A stretch of 64,000 nt of DNA, taken from the NCBI GenBank assembly GCA_049696835.1, contig JBAVUP010000014.1, forward strand, positions 332-64,331, in the 5' to 3' direction. Position numbers and translations under genes: made by a program. How positions within the stretch are numbered: position 1 is the first letter of the stretch; each line of letters starts with the position of its first letter. The notes under the pieces are model-generated. The model was not told where the DNA came from. It ran no database searches and saw nothing but the letters and a program-made list of their open reading frames with translations. This DNA is from Desulfobaccales bacterium. Its GTDB lineage: Bacteria; Desulfobacterota; Desulfobaccia; Desulfobaccales; 0-14-0-80-60-11. Below are positions 56,047-64,000 of the stretch, in pieces.

Positions 56047-56886
56047 TCAGGTTAGGCACCCGGGAGTCGCCTGCAGCTCCTCCAGGGCTCGCTGATATTC
56101 TTCCGGGTTGGGGGCGACGCCGTGATACTTCTTCTGGCCTTCGAAGATGGACACCCCTTTGCCTTTGACGGTGTGGGCGATGATCATGCTGGGCCGGCCC
56201 TTGACGCCCCGGCAAGTCTGGAAGGCTTCCAGAAGTTGAGGGATATCATGGCCGTCCACCTCCAGGGTGTGCCAGCCGAAGGCCCGCCATTTATCGGCGA
56301 TGGGTTCGATGCTCATGACCTCGGCGGTATGGCCGTCGATCTGGAGGCGGTTCCGGTCCAGGATGCCCACCAGATTGTCCAGCCCGTAGTGGGCCGCGGT
56401 CATGGCCGCCTCCCAGATTTGGCCTTCCTGGACTTCCCCGTCGCCCAGCAGGACATGGACCCGGTTGCCGTGGCCGCCCAGGCGGGCCGCCAGGGCCAGG
56501 CCGTTGGCAATGGACAGGCCCTGTCCCAGGGAACCGGTGGGGATCTCCACCCCCGGCGTGCAGCCGGAATCGGGATGGCCTTGCAGGATGCTGCCGAACC
56601 GGCGCAGGGTAAAGAGCTCCTCCCGGGGGAAATAACCCAACCGGGCCAGGACGGCGTAGTAGGCCGGGGCGCCGTGACCCTTGGACAGGATAAAGCGGTC
56701 CCGGTCGAGCCAGCAGGGGTCATCGGCTTTGGCGCGCATCTCCCCAAAAAAGAGAGCCACCAGAATATCGGCGGCCGACAGGGAGCCGCCCAGGTGTCCG
56801 GAACCGGCCCGATACAGCATCTCGACGATGTCCAGGCGGACCTGCCGAGCGATCTCTTGGAGGTGGTTATCCGGGATGGCGTTCAT
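56047..56886 (-). CDS. Transketolase, N-terminal (thiamine-diphosphate-binding) subunit
   Basis: Start MNAIPDNHLQEIARQVRLDIVEMLYRAGSGHLGGSLS at 56886. Contains ...LLGDGEVQEGQIWEA... The upstream part of ORF 56047..57024 is not credible. Confidence 0.9.
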   Translation of the reverse strand: MNAIPDNHLQEIARQVRLDIVEMLYRAGSGHLGGSLSAADILVALFFGEMRAKADDPCWLDRDRFILSKGHGAPAYYAVLARLGYFPREELFTLRRFGSILQGHPDSGCTPGVEIPTGSLGQGLSIANGLALAARLGGHGNRVHVLLGDGEVQEGQIWEAAMTAAHYGLDNLVGILDRNRLQIDGHTAEVMSIEPIADKWRAFGWHTLEVDGHDIPQLLEAFQTCRGVKGRPSMIIAHTVKGKGVSIFEGQKKYHGVAPNPEEYQRALEELQATPGCLT

Positions 56887-57465
56887 CTCCCCTTCAATCT
56901 GTGCTGGTTTCGATAATCCACTCAGGGCCAACGGCCCCGAGCCCGTAGCGGGCAACTCCCGACGTAAGAGGCAGGCATCGGCTGGGCCGGCCAGGCTCCG
57001 GTGAGCCGGACGATCCGCACTCACCCCTCACTTGCCATGCATCGAGAGATCTCCGGAAGTCCTTAAATCTCCTAGAGGGACAGGGGGCGTCTGGGATAGG
57101 TCCTCTGAAAACTAGATATTATGATTAAATATATATGTTCAGCAATGGTTTTTCCACCATAATACCACAAATTCCTGCTGGCGGGCTTACTATTTCTTTT
57201 TATTCCGATTGTTCTGAGCGCGGTTTTGTTAAGCCGGCGGCAGAAATTTCCGGGGTCCCCGGCCAGGGAAGTCTCGATTTGCCTCCGGCTGCACCCGCAT
57301 GAGAGGTTATGGCCCCAGATGGATTTCTCTTGGCTCCCAACTTCTCTATCGGGTATATAATAGAGTTTGGTAAAATTCCGTCCTGGTCGGTCTGACCGGG
57401 GCGGGGAGCCGGTTTTTTGGCATCAAGATATTTTTGCGCCCCGGGGCGATAGTGAGGAGAAACCC

Positions 57466-57750
57466 ATGGCCTTGACCCGAGATGAAGTGCTCCACGTGGC
57501 GCAACTGGCCCGGTTGAGCCTGGAGCCGGCGGAGATCGATCTTTTCACCCGGCAGCTCAATGACATCCTGGCCTATGTGGAGAAGTTGCAGGAGTTGGAT
57601 ACCGCCGGGGTGACGCCCCTGGCCCAGGTGATCCCCGTATCCAACGCCTTCCGGGCGGATACGGTCACCGCCAGTCTTTCCCGAGAGATGGCCTTGGAGA
57701 ATGCCCCGGCCCAGGAAGACGGCGCCTTTCTGGTGCCCCGGATTATTTGA
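57466..57750 (+). CDS. gatC: Asp/Glu-tRNA amidotransferase subunit C
   Basis: MALTRDEVLHVAQLARLSLEPAEIDLFTRQLNDILAYVEKLQELDT... GAGGAG RBS upstream. Confidence 0.93.
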   Translation: MALTRDEVLHVAQLARLSLEPAEIDLFTRQLNDILAYVEKLQELDTAGVTPLAQVIPVSNAFRADTVTASLSREMALENAPAQEDGAFLVPRII

Positions 57751-57752
57751 GA

Positions 57753-57826
57753 GGGTTTTGGGTTTTAGGTTCTGGGTTTTCGGTTGAAATAATGAGGCTT
57801 GTTCCAGGTCGGGTTTTTGGATTTTA
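57753..57826. repeat. Direct heptamer array GGGTTTT GGGTTTT AGGTTCT GGGTTTT CGGTTGA (57753-87) plus GGGTTTTTGGATTTTAAG (57811-26)
   Basis: Read directly in the gatC-gatA spacer. No complementary arm is seen. Confidence 0.75.
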
Positions 57827-57839
57827 AGAAAGGCGAGGC

Positions 57840-59303
57840 ATGGGGGAACCGGTCTATAGTCTGACCATCAGCCGGCTGGCGGACCTGATCGCCCGGGGGG
57901 AAGTGTCGCCCCCGGAAGCGACCGAAGCCCTGCTCACCCGCATCCAAGCAAGGGACGGGGAACTCAACACCTATATCACCGTGGATGAGGCCGGGGCCCG
58001 GGCTATGGCTCGGGAGGCCGCGGCCCGGCTGGCACGCGGCGACGCCACGCCGCTGACGGGGATTCCGCTGGGCCTCAAAGACGTCATGGTCACGCAGGGC
58101 CTGAGAACCACCTGCGGCTCCCGCATCCTGGAAAACTTCGTACCCCCCTATGACGCCACGGTGTGCGCCCGGCTGCGCCGCGCCGGGGCGGTGTTCCTGG
58201 GTAAGCTCAACATGGATGAGTTCGCCATGGGCTCCTCCACCGAGAACTCGGCCTTTGGCCCGTCCCACAACCCCTGGCATCGGGATTACATTCCCGGCGG
58301 CTCCTCGGGGGGGTCGGCCGCGGCGGTGGCCGCAGACCTGTGCACCGCCTCCCTGGGGTCCGATACCGGCGGCTCCATCCGGCAGCCCGCGTCGCTGTGC
58401 GGGGTGGTGGGCATGAAACCGACCTATGGCCGGGTCTCCCGGTACGGGTTGGTGGCCTACGCCTCCTCGCTGGACCAGATCGGCCCCCTGACCAAGGACG
58501 TGCGGGACGCGGCCATCCTGCTTCAGGCCATTGCCGGCCACGATCCCCAGGACTCGACCTCGGTGCCGGTGCCGGTGCCGGATTACCAGGAGAAGCTGGG
58601 GCGCGAAATCAAGGGGCTCAAGATCGGGGTCCCCAAGGAATTTTTCGGCGCGGGCCTGGACCCGGAGGTGGAGGCCGCGGTGCAGGCGGCGTTGCAGACC
58701 CTGACCGGCCTGGGCGCGGACCTCATCGAGGTGAGCCTGCCCCACACCGAATACGCGGTGGCCACCTATTATGTCCTGGCGGTGGCCGAGGCCTCCTCCA
58801 ACCTGGCCCGCTACGACGGAGTGAAGTACGGGGTGCGGGCCGAAGGCAAGAATCTCCTGGACATGTATGCCCAAACCCGGTCCCGGGGATTCGGGGCCGA
58901 AGTGCGGCGGCGCATCATGCTGGGCACCTACGCCTTATCCGCCGGTTACTATGACGCCTACTATAAGAAGGCCTCCCAGGTGCGGGCCTTGATCCGCCGG
59001 GACTTTGAGGCCGCGTTGGCCCAGTGCGAGGTGATCGCCACGCCCGTGGCCCCGACCCCGGCCTTCCGCCTGGGGGAAAAGGTGGATGATCCGCTGACCA
59101 TGTACTTATCCGACATCTTCACCATTTCCGCCAACCTGGGAGGGATTCCCGGGATTTCGGTGCCGTGCGGCTTTTCTTCTCTGGGCCTGCCCATCGGCCT
59201 GCAACTCATGGGGCCGGTGTTCGGGGAGGCCGAGTTGCTCCAGGTGGCTTACGCCTTCGAACAGGCGACGGAGTTTCACCGGCGCCGACCGCCTGGTTTG
59301 TGA
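57840..59303 (+). CDS. gatA: Glutamyl-tRNA(Gln) amidotransferase subunit A
   Basis: 487 aa with the amidase signature ...[33 protein letters not shown]... Confidence 0.95.
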   Translation: MGEPVYSLTISRLADLIARGEVSPPEATEALLTRIQARDGELNTYITVDEAGARAMAREAAARLARGDATPLTGIPLGLKDVMVTQGLRTTCGSRILENFVPPYDATVCARLRRAGAVFLGKLNMDEFAMGSSTENSAFGPSHNPWHRDYIPGGSSGGSAAAVAADLCTASLGSDTGGSIRQPASLCGVVGMKPTYGRVSRYGLVAYASSLDQIGPLTKDVRDAAILLQAIAGHDPQDSTSVPVPVPDYQEKLGREIKGLKIGVPKEFFGAGLDPEVEAAVQAALQTLTGLGADLIEVSLPHTEYAVATYYVLAVAEASSNLARYDGVKYGVRAEGKNLLDMYAQTRSRGFGAEVRRRIMLGTYALSAGYYDAYYKKASQVRALIRRDFEAALAQCEVIATPVAPTPAFRLGEKVDDPLTMYLSDIFTISANLGGIPGISVPCGFSSLGLPIGLQLMGPVFGEAELLQVAYAFEQATEFHRRRPPGL

Positions 59304-59468
59304 TCTCCGGCCTCTGAACGTGACGGGCGCCGGACGCCGGGTGCCGACGGGTCGGGGCGGGGGGCTTGAGTTAATGCCTGAAGGGTTATATCATCTGGCC
59401 TCAAGAGGCAGGTCTCTGGGCACGCAGGCACCAGGGCGGACCGGGGCCGCCTCAGCGGCTTAAGGGAA

Positions 59469-60839
59469 ATGATGCGGAGTGCAAGCATGAGGCATACAGG
59501 CAGGAAGATCGGGGCGCTCTTCGGGCTTCTGGCCCTCCTGGCGTCGGGCCCGGGGGCCGCCCCTGCCGCCGATGCGGCCGAAGCGGGAGGGAGCCTCACT
59601 CTGAAGCAGGCCATTAACATCGCCCTGGGGGAACATCCCAGCATCAAGCAGTCCCGGGAAAATATGGCCGCGGCCCGGTATAACATCGGGGTCGCCCGAG
59701 CCGCCTACCTGCCCCAGGTCAATTTTGTGGCGAATTACTATTACGGGAACGCCTTTGCTTCTGCTTCCCGCAAACCCCTGACCGCGGCTACGGGCGGGAC
59801 CATCAGCAGCGTCTCCAGCGCGGCGACGAGCAACTATTATTTTTATCAGTTTCAAGCTAACCAGTTGATTTACGATTTCGGCAAGACCCCCGGTCTGATC
59901 CACGAGTCCCGGGCCAGCTTCGGCCAGACGCAGCAGGATTATGCCGGTAACCGGCAACAGGTGGTGTTGGACGCCCGCACCGCCTATTTCGGTTACCTGG
60001 CCGCCGCCCGGGCCCAAAAAGTCCAGGACGTCACGGTACGCCAGAATCAGGATCTGCTGAAACAGGCCCAGGGCTTTTATAAGGTGGGGTTAAAGGCCAA
60101 GATCGACGTGACCAAGGCCGAAGCCAACCTCTATCAGGCCGAAGCCAACCTCATTCAGGCCAAAAATAACGTGCAGTTGGCCCAGGTCACCCTCATGAAT
60201 GCCCTGGGTTTGAAGACCTGGCCCTATACCCAGGTGGAGGATGTGCTGGAAGTGACCACCCAGCCCCGGTCGCTCGAGGAACTCAGGACCCTGGCCCTGC
60301 AGCGGCGGCCGGAAATTCGGAAGAACCTTTTCGTCCAGGAGCTGAGCGAAGCCGGCATTCAGGTGGCCCGGGCCGGCTATTTCCCCACGTTTTCCTCCAC
60401 CGCGGCCTACGGCTGGCAGAGCGTCGATCAGCCGCTGGCCAACCTCCCCAGCAACTGGTACGTGGGGGCGGCCATGACCTTCCCGTTGTTTGAGGGCTTT
60501 TCCACCGCCTATTCGGTCAACCAGAATAAGGCCCAACTGCGGGCGGCCATGGAAAATCGCGAAGTGCTGCGGCAGAACGTCACCAAGGAGGTGAATCAGT
60601 CCTACTTGAACGTCAAGACCGGGTGGGAACTCATCCGGGCCACGAAGAAGGCCCTGGAGGCGGCCCGGGAAAACCTGCGCCTGGCTTGGGGCCGCTACCA
60701 AGCGGGAGTGGGCACCATCATTGAGTTCACCGATGCCCAGGTGCAGTTTTCCCAGGCTGACTTGAATTTCGTGCAGGCCCTGTATAATTATCGGGTGTAC
60801 GAGGCCCAACTGGATAAGGCGGTCGGCAGGGCTTTTTAG
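59469..60839 (+). CDS. TolC-family outer membrane efflux protein
   Basis: 456 aa with a signal peptide, ...LTLKQAINIALGEHPSIKQSRENMAAARYNIGVARAAYLPQV..., and a duplicated alpha/beta repeat pattern. Confidence 0.85.
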   Translation: MMRSASMRHTGRKIGALFGLLALLASGPGAAPAADAAEAGGSLTLKQAINIALGEHPSIKQSRENMAAARYNIGVARAAYLPQVNFVANYYYGNAFASASRKPLTAATGGTISSVSSAATSNYYFYQFQANQLIYDFGKTPGLIHESRASFGQTQQDYAGNRQQVVLDARTAYFGYLAAARAQKVQDVTVRQNQDLLKQAQGFYKVGLKAKIDVTKAEANLYQAEANLIQAKNNVQLAQVTLMNALGLKTWPYTQVEDVLEVTTQPRSLEELRTLALQRRPEIRKNLFVQELSEAGIQVARAGYFPTFSSTAAYGWQSVDQPLANLPSNWYVGAAMTFPLFEGFSTAYSVNQNKAQLRAAMENREVLRQNVTKEVNQSYLNVKTGWELIRATKKALEAARENLRLAWGRYQAGVGTIIEFTDAQVQFSQADLNFVQALYNYRVYEAQLDKAVGRAF

Positions 60840-60941
60840 GTTTTGGGTTCCGGGTTTTAGGTGGGGCTGGCTGGGTGTATCGGCATTAAAGGTTGGAGTA
60901 ACTGATTTTTCAACAGAAAAAGAAAACAGGAAACAGGAAAC
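60838..60941. repeat. Heptamer inverted arrays: AGGTTTT GGGTTCC GGGTTTT AGGTGGG (60838-65), ~48-nt centre, CAGAAAA AGAAAAC AGGAAAC AGGAAAC (60914-41)
   Basis: Read directly. The left arm overlaps the TolC-like stop TAG (60837-39). The right arm ends 6 nt before the HAD gene stop on the opposite strand. Confidence 0.75.
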
Positions 60942-60947
60942 CGGCCT

Positions 60948-61571
60948 CTACCAGAGGCGATGGCGCGCCAACTCGCGGCGCAACTCCCCGGGAGAATGAA
61001 ACTGCCAGGCCGCCAGACCATGACCGCGGGCTCCGGCCACAAACGCCGGCTTATCATCCAGGAAGAGGATCTCTTCCGGGGGGCGCCCCACCCGGCGAAG
61101 GAGCGCCTGGTAGATGGCCGGCTCCGGCTTGCGGCTGCCTATCTGGTAAGATAAAACGAAGGCGCGGAATCGCTGCAAGAGATCGCCGAAGCGCTCCTGG
61201 ATGTATTCGAAGTGCAGGGTGTTGGTGTTGGACAGCAGATACAGGGGATAACGGCTTTCCAGATGCCGGACCAGTTCCGCCATGCCGTCCATGGGGTCGA
61301 AGATCTCGCACCAGAAGTCTGAGAAGTGGGCGTAGGGGAGGGCGACCCCGAAGTGGGCCGTGACCCTTTGGTAAAACTCCCGAGAGGTAAGGCGGCCCGT
61401 ATCGTAGCCCGTCTCCAGGGTGGACTCGAACACCCGGGCATAGACCTCCTGGGGGCTGATACCGGCCAGGGCGCCCAGGCGGCGGCAGAAGCGCAGGTGA
61501 TCCACCTTGACCAGGACGTTTCCCAGGTCAAAGGTGATGGCCGTGATTTTCTTTGGGATTTCATATTTCAT
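60948..61571 (-). CDS. HAD-superfamily hydrolase (subfamily IA)
   Basis: MKYEIPKKITAITFDLGNVLV... (DxG variant of the HAD motif I context) ...LLSNTN...FLDDKPAFV... Confidence 0.78.
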   Translation of the reverse strand: MKYEIPKKITAITFDLGNVLVKVDHLRFCRRLGALAGISPQEVYARVFESTLETGYDTGRLTSREFYQRVTAHFGVALPYAHFSDFWCEIFDPMDGMAELVRHLESRYPLYLLSNTNTLHFEYIQERFGDLLQRFRAFVLSYQIGSRKPEPAIYQALLRRVGRPPEEILFLDDKPAFVAGARGHGLAAWQFHSPGELRRELARHRLW

Positions 61572-61674
61572 AAGTATCTTATTATAACTTAACATAATAT
61601 TGGCATAAGCATTAATTTGAATAGGTTAGGAAGATTTATAATCCAGAAAATTTACGTTATTCCTGAGGCCACGC

Positions 61675-63246
61675 ATGCCTGAGAAAGCCTGGCAAAATAA
61701 GCTCTATTTCGGGGATAATTTAGATATTCTCAGAAAGCATATTGCCGATGACAGCGTGGACCTTATCTATCTTGACCCGCCCTTTAATTCCAATGCCACT
61801 TATAATGTTCTCTTTGAAGAAAAGAGCGGCGAAAAATCTGCGGCACAAATTACTGCCTTTGATGATACCTGGCATTGGGGCATGGAATCTGAAAAAGCTT
61901 ACCATGAGATAATTACCAGAGGACCGGATAAACTTGCGGCATTGATTGATGCATTGCGGTCTTGTTTAGGACGCAATGATATGATGGCCTACCTCACCAT
62001 GATGGCTGTGAGGCTTATAGAGCTTAAGAGGGTGTTAAAGTCTACAGGGTGTATTTATCTCCATTGTGATCCAACCGCGAGTCATTACCTTAAAACTTTA
62101 ATGGATGCAACATTTGGGGCTAATAACTTTTTAAATGAAATAATATGGTGCTATAAAGAGCGCGAGAGGATACTGCTGCAATGGAATAAGAAACATGATA
62201 TAATTTTATTTTACTGTAAGGACGTTAATAGTCCGAGAATTTTCAACTGGCAAGCCGTTATGGAGCAATATTCGCAGGTGACATTATCTAAATTCAAATA
62301 TCAAGATGAAAAGGGGCATTTTCAAATTCGAGGCAGGAATATCAAAGGTTCTCCCATCAGAGCCGCAGATGGCTTGAGGCTGGAACACGAAAAAATGTAC
62401 CCTGGACTCGCCTATCGCGATTATTTGGAGGAGCGAACCGGAGTGGCCCCTCGCGACTGGTGGGAAATTAATATTATCAATAAAGCTTCCAAAGAACGTT
62501 TAGGTTACCCGACTCAAAAGCCGGAAGCCTTATTAGAACGGATCATTAAAGCCAGCAGCAATGAAGCTGATATAGTTCTTGATCCATTTTGCGGCTGTGG
62601 CACCGCCATCGCGGTGGCTGAGCGGTTGCACCGGCGCTGGATCGGCATCGATATAACACATCTGGCTATAACCCTTATAAAGAATAGGCTGAGAACGGCC
62701 TTTGAGTCAGAACTTTCAGATTATGCAATGATCGGTGACCCCAAAGATTTGGCTGGCTCTAAGGCCTTAGCCAGGCAAAACCGTTACCAATTTGAATGGT
62801 GGGCTTTGGGCTTGGTCGATGCCCGACCGGCCCAAGAAAAGAAAAAGGGAGCAGATACCGGCATAGATGGTATCATCAATTTTATTGATGACCCCAATGG
62901 CAAGGCGAAAAAATTGATAGTGCAGGTCAAGAGTGGCAAGGTAACGGTAAGCCAAATTCGTGATCTGAAAGGTGTATTGGAGCGAGAAAAGGCCGCCATT
63001 GGTGCATTTATTACCCTGCAAGAACCAACCGAGCCGATGGTGAAAGAAGCGGCCACCGCCGGATTTTACCAGCCGGAGCATTGGCCGGGACTGCAGTGTC
63101 CCCGGTTACAAATTGTAACTATTAAAAAGCTATTGGCAGGGCAAAAATTAGATTACCCACGTTTGGCCCCTGATGCAACTTTTAAGAGAGCTCCGCGACA
63201 GCGCAAAAGTCCAACGGATGAGGAAAAGCAAAACAATCTCTTATGA
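61675..63246 (+). CDS. N6/N4 DNA methyltransferase (beta class, PF01555-type) fused to a C-terminal Mrr-like PD-(D/E)xK nuclease domain
   Basis: Motif IV LIYLDPPFNSNATYN lies near the N-terminus and motif I VLDPFCGCGTAIAVAE lies later. The C-terminus GADTGIDGIINF...LIVQVKSGKV resembles the Mrr catalytic core. The gene is markedly A+T-rich relative to its neighbours. Confidence 0.85.
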   Translation: MPEKAWQNKLYFGDNLDILRKHIADDSVDLIYLDPPFNSNATYNVLFEEKSGEKSAAQITAFDDTWHWGMESEKAYHEIITRGPDKLAALIDALRSCLGRNDMMAYLTMMAVRLIELKRVLKSTGCIYLHCDPTASHYLKTLMDATFGANNFLNEIIWCYKERERILLQWNKKHDIILFYCKDVNSPRIFNWQAVMEQYSQVTLSKFKYQDEKGHFQIRGRNIKGSPIRAADGLRLEHEKMYPGLAYRDYLEERTGVAPRDWWEINIINKASKERLGYPTQKPEALLERIIKASSNEADIVLDPFCGCGTAIAVAERLHRRWIGIDITHLAITLIKNRLRTAFESELSDYAMIGDPKDLAGSKALARQNRYQFEWWALGLVDARPAQEKKKGADTGIDGIINFIDDPNGKAKKLIVQVKSGKVTVSQIRDLKGVLEREKAAIGAFITLQEPTEPMVKEAATAGFYQPEHWPGLQCPRLQIVTIKKLLAGQKLDYPRLAPDATFKRAPRQRKSPTDEEKQNNLL

Positions 63247-63299
63247 TGCATTAATTGTTTTGCCATATTTCAGCAATATCCGTCAAACGGAGGTGTCGG

Positions 63300-63740
63300 A
63301 TGGCGCGCAATAAGGGTTGGACATGGACCGTGCTCATCAGTTTGTTGGTGGGGGGCGTGGGCGCCAGTCTCTTTTGGCTCTACAGCCCGTATTTCCATGG
63401 CCAGTTGGCCCAGCAGGTCGCCCAGGACTTGAAGGCCCAACAGATTTCCCGCGAGGCGAAAGGAGAGGCCCTGAGCCTGCAAAAATTGCCCTCCCAGGCC
63501 CTGGGGTCCCGGTTCCAGATGGTGGCCGACGGCAAGCAGATCTTCCTGGTGGACCTGAAGAACGGGCGGGTATGGCGTTATTACCACCAGACCAAAGCAG
63601 AAGGCTTCGACAAGGAAGACGAGGGTTTCCTCCCCATACCCTTTTACTATGCGGGCAAGAAGCATTACACCGCTTCAGAGGTCGAGCCGCCGCCCGGCGC
63701 GCCCCAAAATCCCTCCCCGGCCGAGACGGAGGCTAAGTAG
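63300..63740 (+). CDS. Hypothetical membrane-anchored protein
   Basis: MARNKGWTWTVLISLLVGGVGASLFWLY... GGAGGTG RBS. 146 aa. No family recognised. Confidence 0.5.
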   Translation: MARNKGWTWTVLISLLVGGVGASLFWLYSPYFHGQLAQQVAQDLKAQQISREAKGEALSLQKLPSQALGSRFQMVADGKQIFLVDLKNGRVWRYYHQTKAEGFDKEDEGFLPIPFYYAGKKHYTASEVEPPPGAPQNPSPAETEAK

Positions 63741-63745
63741 CCCCA

Positions 63746-64000
63746 ATGACGCGCCGGTGGCGACATGACCTGGCCTGGGCCGGGTTTATCCTGGGGGTCG
63801 GGCTGCTCTTCGGGTTGATGCAGCGGTGGCCCCTGGTGGTCCAATCCTGGCGGGGCGAGTTGGCCGCCAAGATCGAACAGAATCGCGCCCAGCGCCGGGA
63901 ACACGAGTTCCAGGGGGTGAAAACCGTCAACCTGGCCCAGGCCTACGCCATGTTTCAGAAGGGCCAGGCCCTGTTCATCGACGCCCGGCCCCCCGAGGAG
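63746..64000 (+). CDS. Membrane-anchored rhodanese-like protein, N-terminal fragment (runs off window)
   Basis: Manual translation gives MTRRWRHDLAWAGFILGVGLLFGLMQ...VKTVNLAQAYAMFQKGQALFIDARPPEE. The last segment matches the start of rhodanese domains. Confidence 0.55.
   Translation, partial: MTRRWRHDLAWAGFILGVGLLFGLMQRWPLVVQSWRGELAAKIEQNRAQRREHEFQGVKTVNLAQAYAMFQKGQALFIDARPPEE

Overview
GC-rich (about 60% G+C by eye) bacterial chromosomal window. The gene content resembles an anaerobic Deltaproteobacteria/Desulfobacterota-type organism, but the taxon cannot be fixed from sequence alone. Layout: 1-12.2 kb (+) holds the distal S10, spc and alpha ribosomal-protein cluster (rpsC through rplQ, with secY, adk, map, infA, rpmJ, rpoA). 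12.6-34.1 kb holds mixed housekeeping and signalling genes: NlpC/P60 hydrolase, REC-PAS-HisKA_3 kinase, cytochrome b561-like protein, ferredoxin-adenylate cyclase fusion, CooC-like ATPase, AmpG-like MFS, prmA, rsmE, radical SAM, O-methyltransferase, class-V aminotransferase plus serA, ispE, prs. 34.1-35.6 kb holds an IS481-like element and a small A+T-rich ORF cassette between prs and pth. 37.0-38.0 kb holds a sensor-less sigma-54 activator. 38.2-48.0 kb (-) holds an 11-gene nuoABCDHIJKLMN operon with no nuoEFG. 51.0-56.9 kb (-) holds der, two S41 peptidases and a split transketolase. 57.5-60.8 kb holds gatCA and a TolC-like gene. 61.7-63.2 kb holds a low-GC DNA methyltransferase fused to an Mrr-like nuclease domain. 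No rRNA, tRNA or CRISPR array was found. Headline observation: at least 11 gene junctions, several inside the normally compact ribosomal operon, are filled by one architecture. It consists of a left array of tandem 7-8-nt units, an A+T-rich centre, and a right array built from the imperfect reverse complement of those units. Unit sequences differ between loci and fall into a few families. Two of these elements carry small foreign-looking ORFs of about 40% G+C, and one arm has been hit by the IS. I do not recognise this as a described element class. Caveat: three genes (rpsH, rplO, the IS transposase) each need one extra base in a homopolymer to restore frame. Homopolymer under-calling in the assembly is therefore a real possibility.
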